Both the position numbers and the translations under genes were made by a program. Below are positions 11,514 through 22,519 of a DNA stretch of 64,000 nucleotides, in pieces. The stretch spans positions 13,486,485-13,550,484 of the forward strand of contig NC_134027.1 of the NCBI RefSeq assembly GCF_964204645.1, read 5' to 3'. Position 1 is the first letter of the stretch; each line of letters opens with the position of its first letter. The notes beneath the pieces were generated by a model. That model was not told the origin of the DNA. It did no database searches and saw nothing but the letters and a program-made list of their open reading frames with translations. Source of the DNA: Tubulanus polymorphus. Its lineage: Eukaryota > Animalia > Nemertea.

Positions 11514-11594
11514 TTATAAGGAAACAAAATTACTTGTGGTGATGAGAGCTAGTACTCTCGTACTCTGGTATGAAAGCCTACTTTCCCTATTACT
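11185..11594 (-). repeat. Right terminal inverted repeat (~410 bp) of copy A
   Basis: The reverse complement aligns by eye with 49009-49414, the left end of copy B. Confidence 0.8.
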
Positions 11595-11829
11595 AACATT
11601 CCTTCGAAAAAATTGTTTTCGCTCAACCAAATTTTTTTGCCGGGACAAAAAGTTTTTCATTTCAACAATAACATAGCTTTCAGAATGATGAAAAGTTTTG
11701 GTTCAAACAAAAAGCGTAAAAGATTTTCTTGTCGGATCATTAAGTTTTTTGGTCGAACAGCGTGATAAGGTCATTTTGGATATTTACTCGGTCTGGTATA
11801 TTTTGGATTACTGTGTATGTCATTTGTCA

Positions 11830-12200
11830 GGACATTAAACAGAAGACGACTTAGGATACTACCTTGCGTGACTCCACTAGTTAGACCGACTTATTCCAAG
11901 ATGAGGCGCTCCGTTGATTTCGGCTACAAGTTTTCGTTCAGAGATAATGCTGAGCCATTTAGGCAACCTATCATTGATACTGTTTCCTAATAGCCTTGTT
12001 TAGTAATGGCTGATGTTGTACCTTATCAAATGCTTTGTCGAAATCATAAAGAGTAATTATCGCCTAACAGTCGATTTTCCAGAGTCAAATAGGACATCTG
12101 GGCCAGTTGTCCATGGTTTCAAGTAGGTCTATATGAATGTTTGTCGAGCTTCCTCTTATAAAACTGTGTTAAACATTGAACAGGATTCTAAGACTGTGCA
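11830..12200 (-). pseudogene. Degraded CR1-like LINE reverse transcriptase fragment
   Basis: Minus-strand YDFDKAFD (~12025-12048) and SGVTQGSI (~11853-11880). Confidence 0.6.
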
Positions 12201-12529
12201 GAAAACCCGTTATCGTTGCTTTGCAGCTATATTTTTAATATTTTTTTCATATTGTGAAACATATTTTTTTGAAAATATAAAATAGTTTCCCTGCCGCGCT
12301 TCCCTGTACCCTACAAAATTTTGGACGTGGAACGTAAACAAATGTATATCTTTGGTCTTATTTGACTACAAAATAATTCAAAATTAAAAAATACAAAATA
12401 ATAAGAAAGATAAAATAAATATTAACTTGTGGAACTTTGAGGTCACGAATAAAAAAGGTTTTTCAAGCAATGCCCTTATTCCAAACATCATCTAGCTTTC
12501 AAGGTAAACCACACTTTGCCCATGGGCAA

Positions 12530-12786
12530 TTTATTTTACATTTGCAACATGTTTTCTGATATATATTTATAGTTTGTGTCTGTTTACTCTCCATTTTAAT
12601 ATCAAATTTTTTATTAAAATTGATTTTAGAAGTTATTCATATTCATATATATGAATATTATAAGAGTAATAGGGAATAAGTTGTTTCAAGTTAAAGGTTG
12701 AAGGGTCGAAAAATATATTCGAGTGTGCGAGAATTTATTTTTCGACCCTTCGACCTTTGGCTTGAAACAACTTATTCCCTATTACT
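12530..12786 (-). mobile_element. Hairpin-ended Polinton-related terminal fragment with the start of the HNH gene
   Basis: 122 bp palindrome at 12665-12786 (AGTAATAGGGAATAAG..CTTATTCCCTATTACT). Minus-strand MESKQTQTINIYQKTCCKCKIN matches the N-terminus of the 40842 gene. Confidence 0.75.
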
Positions 12787-13497
12787 GCGGTCAATATAAA
12801 TCTGTAGACATATAATTTCAATATTCAAATGTTTTAGAAAATATGTTCGATATTAGGGGTATTTTGGTTTCATGAAATTAGCGATTTTCTAATAGTATAG
12901 CTGCAATATACGGCTCCGGGTCCTCTGATGGCCGCATGCGTATTAGGTGAGAATTCATTTAAGTTACACATTTTAAAATAAGAAAATACAAAATACGAAA
13001 TACATACGCAAGTCATACAGAATTACATTAACGAGTTATTTTAAATGACATTGTCTACTTCAACCCAGACTCAAGAGGATATCGAGTGACAGCCAAACCG
13101 CTGACCGGGCCGGCTGGCTAGGCCACACGATATGCTCCGAAGTCATGATGAAGCAGACATCAGAAGAGCTCTTTCCTCAACCATGGAGGCAATGAAGTTG
13201 CAGACCAGCTTAGAGGCAAAAGTGAATGAAGTCGGTCGCAAGTTATCATTATTGACAATTTTCAATTAGAAAATGAAACCACTATTTACAGTCGAAGACC
13301 TATATCACCAACCCATTTGCCGAATCTCATAATTAATTCCCCAAAATTTCATAAGACTTCGAAATTAGATTTGCAATTCCACATTACCTTGTCCCAAAAC
13401 TTCAATATTTTTTTTCGCAGGCGTCTAATAATTTTTTAAAATTAATTTTCTTGTTGAAACTTTTATTGTATAATGACTAACAATTTTCGATTTGTAG

Positions 13498-13662
13498 AAA
13501 AATGTTCACCAGAAATTAAATGTAAATCTCCTGGATTCGTAAATTTTCGGTGTGCTTGTATCTGTCCACGTGAGGAACCAAACGACTGCCAGCTTGGAGG
13601 ACCAACACCGGCACCCATGCCCAGTATGAAACCGTTACCAGCAACCATACCAACTATTGACG
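13498..13662 (+). CDS. Host gene exon: Cys-rich EGF-like module and Pro/Thr linker
   Basis: AG at 13496-97 and GT at 13663, phase 1/1. Encodes KCSPEIKCKSPGFVNFRCACICP..PTPAPMPS. Confidence 0.72.
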
Positions 13663-13774
13663 GTATGAATGATAATACCGAATCCACAAATGGTAACGAT
13701 AGCATTCAATATTTGATTTTCTTTCAAAATCATTTCTTATTTCTACATACAAAGATATTTTACCTGTGTTCTAG

Positions 13775-14029
13775 AACCTTTGTACAACACCTGCGCCTGG
13801 AGATATTTTCGTGGAAAAGCTAAAAGTTTTCAGAGTCAGAGAATGTTTGTAGCCGGTTCGATAGACGCTTGTAAATTAAGATGTTTGGAAGAGAGGGAAT
13901 TCAATTGTAAATCCTTTCATTTTTCACCATATATTGGCTTGTGTTACTTGAACAAATATTGGGAACAAGCTCGAGAATTCGAACCTTCTGGATATTTCTA
14001 CTTCGAAAAACCACAATGTCTTATGAACG
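13775..14029 (+). CDS. Host gene exon: PAN/apple domain
   Basis: AG at 13773-74 and GT at 14030, phase 1/1. SIDACKLRCLEEREFNCKSFHF..CYL..YFE motif. Confidence 0.85.
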
Positions 14030-14031
14030 GT

Positions 14032-16078
14032 AAGATTCTTAAAACTCACTCAATCAAAAAACACGATTTGTCCCGTGTCTGGTCTTAGTGTTTAAGCTAC
14101 AGTTTATCCCAGGTTCCGAAGACTAATATAGGCATTAACAACGACAAGAAAACTTACGTTACATGGTGCAATAAGGGCAATTATTCTTGAGCTAAATGAG
14201 TCTCGGGTAAACGTCATGTAGATGGTACAATGCGCAATGACGATAATGAACGCAGATTTCCGTTCACATTTTTTGTTCACATCTCAACCAAGAGGGATTG
14301 ACTGAAATGTAACAACATGTAGCAACACCCTCTGGATATTTGGATAGGCTTTACAATACCGGTATGGGTTTTCTGGAACAGAAACGGCCTGTAGGTTGGG
14401 GGGGGGGGTCCTTGCGGCTGCCCCTACTCGCTTTGTTATAGTTCCACTAAAATCAAATCAGCTAGGGGAAGCTGCAACCCCCTAACTCCACCAATATATA
14501 ATGGCGTAAACCAAAAAAGCATATGGTAATTGGTCTTAAACAGCTAAAACGGTATCGGTGGTAGGCTTATAGCCAAAGGCCTTCACGAAATCTGGTATTA
14601 GTTTTTAGCATCGAAATTTACCGATCATTTATTATCAGGGCTCGGGACTAAAATTGTATATCATATGATTCAAAATATGAATTATCCGATGATCTGCGAA
14701 GATAATATCAGTAATAGGGAATAAGTTGTTTCAGATCAAAGGTCGAAAGGTCGAGCGCATATAATTGAACTTTACCCTCGCAAGCTCGGATTTATTGTAT
14801 GCGCTCAACCTTCAACCTTTAACCTGAAACAACTTAATCCCACTCAGTTGTGTTAGTAAAATAATACAGATTTATAACATTAAATGTTTATAGTTATATA
14901 AGTTAGATTTTTAAATATAAAATATCTAAAAAATTCATTTTAATAAACATTTGTTATAAAAATGAAGAAAGAAGAAGAAACCGAATATAGAATTGAAATA
15001 AAAGGAACAAATAACTTATTTTCACTGTTAAACATTAAAAATTATATCAAAGCAACAAATCTAGTGTATGGAAGATTCTTATAACTCACTCTATCAAAAA
15101 GCCCGATTTGTCCCGTGTCTGGTCTTAGTGTTTAAGCGACAGTTTATCCCAGGTTACGAAGAATAATATAGGCATTAACAACGACAAGGAAACGTACGTA
15201 ACATGGTACAATAAGGGCAATTATTCTTGAGCTAAATCAGTCTCGGGTAAACGTCATGTAGATGGTACAATGTGCAATGATGATAATGAACGCAGATTTC
15301 CGTTCACAGAATTTTGTTTACATCTCAACCAAGAGGGATTGACTGAAATGTAACAACATGTAGCAGCACCCTCCATGGAGTGTAAAACAATTTGTATAGG
15401 CTTTACAATACCGGTATGGGATTTTTGGACAAGAAACGGCCTGTAGGTTGGGGGGGGGGGTGCTGGGGCTGCCCCTACTCGCTTTGTTATAGTTCCACTA
15501 AAATCAAATCAGCTAGGGGAAGCTGCTCCCCATAATTCTACCAATATATAATGGCGTGCACCAAAAAAGCCGATGGTAATTGGTCATAAACAGCTGAAAT
15601 GGTATCGGGGTAGGCCTATAGCCAAAGGCATTCACGAAATATAGTATTAGTTTTTAGCATCGAAATTTACCGATTATTTATTATCAGGGCTGATTCAAAA
15701 TATCAATCAGTAATAGGGAATAAGTTGTTTCAGATCAAAGGTCAAAAGGTCGAGCGCATATAATTGAACTTTACCCTCTCAAGCTCGGATTTATTTTATG
15801 CGCTCAACCTTCAACCTTTAACCTGAAACAACTAATTCCCTCTCAGTTGTGTTAGTTAAATGATATAGATTTATAGCATTAAATGTTTATAGTTATATAA
15901 GTTAGATATTTAGATATAAAATATCTAAGAAATTCATTTTAATGAAAATTTGTTATAAAAATGAAGAAAGAAGAAGAAGAAACCGAATATAGAATTGAAA
16001 TTAAAGGATCAAATAACTTATTTTCACTGTTAAACATTAAAAATTATATCACAGCAACAAATCTAGTGTATGGAAGAC
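14032..16078 (+). repeat. Diverged ~1.04 kb tandem duplication (14032-15075 / 15072-16078)
   Basis: Collinear sequence starts AAGATTCTTA..TTTGTCCCGTGTCTGGTCTTAG in both copies. Each copy includes a terminal hairpin and the MKKEEE gene start. Confidence 0.9.
14710..15075 (+). mobile_element. Hairpin-ended element fragment (hairpin 14710-14841, gene start at 14962)
   Basis: AGTAATAGGGAATAAGTTGTTTCAG..CTGAAACAACTTAATCCC fold-back, followed by AT-rich coding-like DNA. Confidence 0.75.
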
Positions 16079-16437
16079 ATTATGAAATTAATAATATTAC
16101 TGTAATTGATCAAATTTTAATAAATGAATCATATTTAATTACTGAACAAATGGATACTTTAGATATTGGCGTCAAATAATCCTAAAATATTTAACACAGT
16201 TTTAAAATTTAAAGGTGATTTAGATGAAAAAATAATAAATAGTCTTGAAACTCCTTTCAATGAAAGAAATGACGATTTAATACTTTCAAAAGGTTATGAT
16301 GATATTATTAACTTGAGAATTAATGAACGACAATTACATTATTTCAATCAATTCACATTGAATTCCAATATTTGATGAACTTTCATCAAAAATAATTAAT
16401 TTGTTTATTATTAAGATTGAAATAATGTAATTGTCGT
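15709..16437 (+). mobile_element. Hairpin-ended element fragment (hairpin 15709-15841, hypothetical gene 15961-16375)
   Basis: Duplicate of the 14710 hairpin. Frameshifted ORFs 15961-16179 and 16166-16375. Confidence 0.75.
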
Positions 16438-16747
16438 TTTTAGATTCAGCGCAGCTGAATCAATTAGTATAAAACGGAGTGCTGAATTCGTGTTGACCAC
16501 TATCTCCTCCGAGTGTGAAATGATTCACGGGCCAGGGTCTGCATTCAGTTGGCTGTTATAATGGCAGCAAAGTGACGACTGATTTTAATGCTACTGATGA
16601 AGCCTAAATTGGGTAAATTGGCAATTTTATGCCGTTTTGTGGATTTTTAGTGATGTAGTGTGACGGCATCTTGATCTGCTAACGTAAACATATGAGCGGA
16701 ATTGTACATTTGCTGTCGATGCGCGGTGTAGTTTGCAGTATTTACTG

Positions 16748-17285
16748 CGATTAGGATTAGGATTAGGATTAGGATTTTATTTACACTCCAACCATTTCTA
16801 TGGTACATGGAGGGAGACTTATACAAAGTATGCAATATTTACAATTAACAGAGAGTATAAACATGTTTTGATAAAATATAACAAAGTTATTAACACTATA
16901 TACATAGACTATTTACAGCATACTAATTATTGGAGGGATCTATATACATCTAAGCATTTTTAATGAATTTTGCAAAGTGGATTGTAGGATTTTTTAGAAT
17001 ATCAAGATTGCCAAAAGAGTTCATATTCAAAATATTTTCACGGATTTCATTCAATAGGTTGCAGTTAAAAATAAAATGCAATTCATCACCTAAAACATTA
17101 CAAGCCGAACATAATCTATCATTTCTATCTAACGGAAGATTTGATAATTTATTTACAGGCAAGAGATAAGAACCAATTCTAAATTCGAATAAACTTATTA
17201 TTAAATCTTCATCAAGTTCACTAATATAACTTTCTAATTTAATATCATTTTTGTATTGTCTATAATTAATGTATGTCGGGCATCT
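16748..17285 (-). mobile_element. 5'-truncated LINE 3' end with (ATCCTA)n tail
   Basis: C-terminal RLCSACNVLGDELHFIFNC zinc motif, 3' UTR GAAATGGTTGGAGTGTAAATAAA and hexamer tail. Same family as 22520-24750. Confidence 0.8.
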
Positions 17286-17383
17286 ATTGTGGAAACGGTA
17301 TTGAAGATAAGAAGATAAGTTTATTCATCCTGACAATGTCTATTGTATAAGGATATAGAAAAACATTATTAAATGTTTACTAT

Positions 17384-20300
17384 TTAAAAAAACAAAATAT
17401 TTACAGAACATTTCAACATATCAATAATATTCATTAATAGTTTCTGATCCTTCGTATTCAATAACTCGTAATATTTTAGCTCGGAGGGAATATCGTAATG
17501 ATAACTAGTTATGTGTCTTCTTCTCAGATTGGTGTGAGAATGACAGATCATTAAGTAGTGGTATTCATCACCAATCTCGCCTGAATTACACATTGTACAT
17601 AGTCTTTCGTCTTTCTTTTTCGTATATCTATCCTTTTCAATCGGTAAATAATGATTATTGGCACGGTATCGTAGCAATTAGTTACAGTATTTCGACGGTA
17701 ACTCAATAAAGTATTTTTCAAATTCAAAATTCTTTTTAATCATTCTATAATTACAAATGGTATCTTTGGTAGCCATTTCGTTCCGCCAATGTTGAATAAA
17801 TTGATCTTTAAGGAATAATTTCATATAATTGTTTAAATCATTGACATCTACTGGATCTTGGATCGTCCATATGCAACCTAAGTTACAATCATTCAATATG
17901 TTATGAATGGATTCAATCCATTTTGAGCTAAGTTGGTTATTTCTATACAGATTGAACAGATTACCATACATCATTTTATTGATTTTCGAATTTTTTTTAC
18001 ACGTTACCACTTTGCACCAGTAATTAATCATACGTAGTTTTATCTGAATGTTTAATGGTAATCTACCTGTTTGACCATACACAATAACAGAAGGAGTTGT
18101 CGTTTTCAGATTCATTGCATACTTAAGAAATTTCAGATGTAAAAGTTCGATTGATTTTGTGTCTTCAAACCCCCATATTTCGGATCCGTATAGAATTATT
18201 GGAGTAACTAGTGCATCAAACAACTTAAATTGAATATCTAAGGGCAATTTGAGATTCCTAGTTTTATTTATCAGTGCGAACATGGCGCGCTATGCTTTGT
18301 CATATAAGTTCTTTCTAGTCTTAGCGAAATTACCTTTTTTTTAAATACGATACCTAGGTACGGATTCTGATCGGTGACTTCAACAGTTTCATTATTAAGC
18401 GTGAATTGTAGTAATTCATTTGTTTTGTGGGTTCCTTTATTGAATATAACAATCTTTGTTTTTTTCACATTGACCGCGATCTTATTTTCTGCACAATATT
18501 GGCCTAAACAATTGAGTCCTTGTTGTAGATTTTTAGCACTGTCTGACATTATTATTGTGTCATCAGCGTACAAAAGGATTGCCAATTTGAGCATGTTAAC
18601 CAACTCATCTATTTCGTCACCCATTTTAAAACAATACGGGAAATGTTCTAAATTTTTGAAGCCATTCTCCAAGAAATAGTTCTGTATACCATTGATATAA
18701 AGTGAAAATAAGAAGGGTGACAAATTCTCGCCCTGCCTGACACCAATGTTGCAACTAAAGAAATCCGAATATTCATTACCATTAAAAACGCAAGATTTCG
18801 CGATACTATACATATTCCTGATAACTGTAAATACTTTTCCGTCCAAATTATTTCTCAAGAGCGTAGACCATAGTTCAGAATGGGGAACTGTATCGAACGC
18901 CTTTTTATAATCCACAAAGCAACAATAGAACGATTTTTTGTAGGCTGTTACGATATCAACAAGTGCTTTCAGTGTGAAAATATGGTCTGCGGTAGAATAT
19001 TTACTCCGAAAACCAGCCTGATTTTCGTTTAACAACCGCACGCTTTCGGAATACTCATTTAAACGTGCATTTATATTGATGTAAATAATTTACCAACACA
19101 ACTCAGCAAAGTGATGCCACGGTAGTTGTCCGGATCACGACGATTACCCTTATTTTTATACAATGGCTTAATTCTTCCTGTTACCCATGATTGTGGAACT
19201 AACCCCGTTTCAAGAACTAAATTGAAAAATTCTGTATATAGGGATAACATTTTTCGCTACTAAATTTTAATTGTTCGTTTTGGATTGAGTCTATACCGAC
19301 GGCCTTAATGTTTTTGAGTTTTTTGATTGCATTGAGTGTTTCACTCTCACTTATCGGACAGTTAATTTGGGTATTTGTTTCGTCAGCGTTTCGATGTCGA
19401 TGTTACTTTCGTCGCCATTCATCTGATCTCTGTTCAACATCGACCAGAATGTTCTCGGGTTATTCGACTCGGACGTACGTAGATCGTTATGGAACTTCGT
19501 ATCGCACTGTTTCTTATATTTCCGCGCGGTTCTTTTGTACGCGTTACACGCAACAATCATATTTTGACGATTCTCGCCCGTTTTGTTCTTACAATAAATA
19601 TTCCTGATTTTTTGGTATTCGCGCCTTCTACTCTTACATTCGGGGCCAAACCAAATCTTGTTATCCTGTCGGGTGGACTCTTAGGTTTCTTTCGAGACAC
19701 CGGCTTAGTTTTACGGGAACAACCGTTAAGCAAATTAGTTAAATTACGCGACAAATCCTCGATTGCTTATCTATCTGCTCCAATGCCCATGTTGCGTAAT
19801 TCCTTGATTCGTGTTTCAAGACGATCGATTTCGGTATCGGGCAGATTTTCTACAAAAGCGTGTTCGTCACGTAAATCGAGTTTTGGTGTGCGGTTTCGTG
19901 TCGCGGCAGGGTTTGGCTTTATTATCTCTTCGATCGCAAATTTCGTGGCTGACATAAATAATGCGCAGTGAGAATCAGAAAACAAAGGGTCAAAATCGTC
20001 CACTTGAAAGTTATTGAATAATTTATATGAGTCCCTAGTAACAATGGCGTAATCGACGACTGACTTGTCTTTCCAAGTTAGTTTTCCAGAAAGTGTCGCT
20101 TCCACGCCCGGCGATTACCGTAATTATTTACGACAGTATCTTTGGAATTTCTGGGTTGAATTAAATCTCGATTTTGTGATGGCGCTTCTATTACATAATC
20201 ACTATGCTCAAGTATGTATTGTAAATTTGATGTTCTAGCGTTGAAATCGCCCAGTAAGCAGACCCTATTCGAGCAACGAAAATCGATAATATCTGCATCA

Positions 20301-20680
20301 ATACTTCAATTCTGGAATATCGATTGTTCACGAGGAATGTACACCGAACCAAATACTATGTCCTTCTCGTTATTGATTGCTGATTTCGGTACATTTATCC
20401 AGACACAGGTTGAGGTGCTAGTATCAATAATTTCACATGTATCGCATAGATCCTGTCGTAAAATTATTGCAGTCCCGCCAGATCTTCTATTCGTGAGTTC
20501 TTGTCTATTTTTGAAAAATATTTCATAACCGGGAACAAAACATTAAAGTTGTCAGCGTTGTCACACTTCGTTTCTTGGACGGCAACGATATCAAATTTCC
20601 TGATAAACTCGAGAAACTCTTGACGGCGATTCTGTAGTTTGCCTCGTAACCCACAGACATTGATACTAGCGATTTTAATT
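17384..20680 (-). pseudogene. LINE ORF2: apurinic endonuclease, reverse transcriptase and C-terminal CCHC
   Basis: SINVCGL, VAVQETK, VVDYAIV, SDSH, QAGFR, FVDYKKAFD, GVRQGENLSP, LYADD, RLCTMC..GDEYHYLMIC. Confidence 0.93.
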
Positions 20681-20764
20681 TCACTGCAATATGTTGAATT
20701 TGTCGGGGAATTTTGAGTTTCCAAATTGGTGGTGGGACTACGAATATTTTCCGAGTTAGTTGTA

Positions 20765-22226
20765 GAGGTGACAATACCGTGCCATATGGCCAGGGCGGTG
20801 ACATCTGTTACAATGGACGGGGTTGCGATGTCTACACTCGACTGTTCTGTGATTTCTGTTGCCACATTTTTTTTCACGGTTTCACGAAAAAGGTTAATAT
20901 CCTGCTCTTGGGTCGCATGTTTTACTGTACTTGGTTTGTGGGTATGAGCGCGCTTGTAGTGTTTGTGCACCGTATCTTTGATCTTTGGGAGTACACTTTT
21001 TCTCTCCACAGATCTACTAGAGCCTGTGACCCTTTAGGAGACAATTTGTCATTGTGGCTTGTTTTCATGGAATGATCGGTTTTTTCATTTTTATATGACA
21101 TAACTGACGATGGATCTATGAATGTAAGGTTTCTGCCTCTGCAACAGTTTTCAATTTTCGTATTTGTTTCAAGAACCTTTGTGTTGTTGTTTCCGTTGAT
21201 ACTAGGGCATATTCCGCTTACAATCGCGTTAGGTATTTTATCCGTCAATATTTCTAGCGGAAGAACAGCGTCGAATTCGTTTTCATCCACTTGCCAGTCG
21301 TAAGCTCCAATATGTATTAGCACAGTGTCATAATCCGTGATCTTGTTATTGCGATTTTCCTCCCGGACATCTACAACGAACTTATTTTCAAATCCTGGGC
21401 GGATAGATGATATCTGGGCATCATCAGTCACAATTTGGGTCACGTGCTCTAGTTTCGCCGCACCTATCGATAGGATATCAAGATCCGCGTCCATATGCTG
21501 CTTTATGGCGTATCGTGTGTCTTCACATGTTATGAGTAGAACACTTTTGTCTTTGTTAGCTATAGAAGTGGTTTCTTCGTCAGTACGTATGTCCACAGGG
21601 TTCTACATTACCTTTATCTTATCTTCCATAACGCTAATTACTTTTTCGGCCGAGACAAGTCTTTCTTTTAAGATCGCATTTTCATTCCTTAGCTCTGTTG
21701 AACCTTTCAATAACTCCTCGACAGTTTTGTTGAGCCCTTCATATTTGTGGGAGAATACACCCAACTCTTCGCTCATCTTTACTACCTCCAACTGAAATCT
21801 AGCATTTTCATTTTCAAGAGCTTTACTCATACTCGCTGTATTTTTCATTACTGCTATACAATCTGAACAACACCAAAATTCTTTAGGAACACTTGCTTTA
21901 CCGACGCAACCTAGATGGAAGCGAGTGCTACAAACAGAGCACGTTGCAACTTTAGTGATCAGTTTGTGCTTTTTAGGACTCTGACAATTACTTCCTAAGC
22001 ATTTCGGAGGATTCACTCTGAACGTAAAGCTCCTCGGTGCCGCGCCTTGGTGGTAGTTAGATATGATGGGAGTACTTGCATGATTTGGTGCGGGTGCGGT
22101 GAATTCGATGGACTCGAAACTGTCATCATATTCATTGATACCATATGATTCATTTCTGTTAAGCCCACTATCAACTGTTTGCGTAGAAATTCCAGTTTTC
22201 GAGTTCGCGAGGCTTTGATCACTCAT
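20765..22226 (-). pseudogene. LINE ORF1: PHD finger, coiled coil, SGNH esterase-like domain and zinc knuckles
   Basis: CSVCSTRFHLGC..WCCSDC; VLIHIGAYD and LSPKGSQAL; alternate-frame CNRCHRPGHMARYC near 20770-20815. Confidence 0.8.
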
Positions 22227-22519
22227 TTCCCCCGTCTAATTCTTGTGGGAATCTTATTTTGACTTTAACTTCGTTCACCATATTGCCGGCGTTATTTCTT
22301 GGTTCTTCTGATGAGACTGACGTTATTTTCTTTACTTGATTTCCAGCTCCACTGCAGGTGTTTTTTAACGTCGTAGATTTCGTTGTCGTAGGATTTCGCG
22401 TTCCAGTGAAGGTAATTTTCTTAGTTGTTTTCGAAGACATTTTGGTAATTAATTAATTATTCAATCATGCAGAGCGACTCTAAAACACGTCCGTGCTGTA
22501 TGAAAACCCTCGTATGGTA

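Larger units (their letters stand above)
1..11594 (+). mobile_element. Polinton/Maverick (adintovirus-like) endogenous element, copy A; left part outside the window, right terminus at 11594
   Basis: Very AT-rich intronless gene array containing the PolB 3' end, penton, rve integrase and packaging ATPase. Ends in CCCTATTACT (reverse complement of AGTAATAGGG, AG..CT termini as in Polintons), followed by unrelated DNA. Many frameshifts. Confidence 0.93.
17303..22510 (-). mobile_element. Near full-length LINE (RTEX/CR1-group-like), frameshifted
   Basis: ORF1 plus APE-RT ORF2. 3' AATAAA with a (CTTATCTT)2 tail at ~17303-17324. 5' GGACGTGTTTT motif at ~22482-22492. Confidence 0.9.

Noticed and set aside
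1-11594. Bacterial prophage or contaminant
   Set aside because: No Shine-Dalgarno pattern, a chromodomain integrase and penton of eukaryotic type, and contiguity with spliced host exons and LINEs.
16590-16630. Penelope-type hammerhead ribozyme (CTGATGA core)
   Set aside because: The GAAA core and the stems are not convincingly present. At most a decayed remnant.
16750-16776. Interstitial telomere repeat
   Set aside because: The unit is TTAGGA, not TTAGG or TTAGGG, and it directly follows a LINE polyadenylation signal, so it is a retrotransposon tail.
19308-21795. Plus-strand ORFs overlapping the LINE, and similar antisense ORFs over element and transposase genes
   Set aside because: Shadow frames of real minus- or plus-strand genes, with no motifs of their own.
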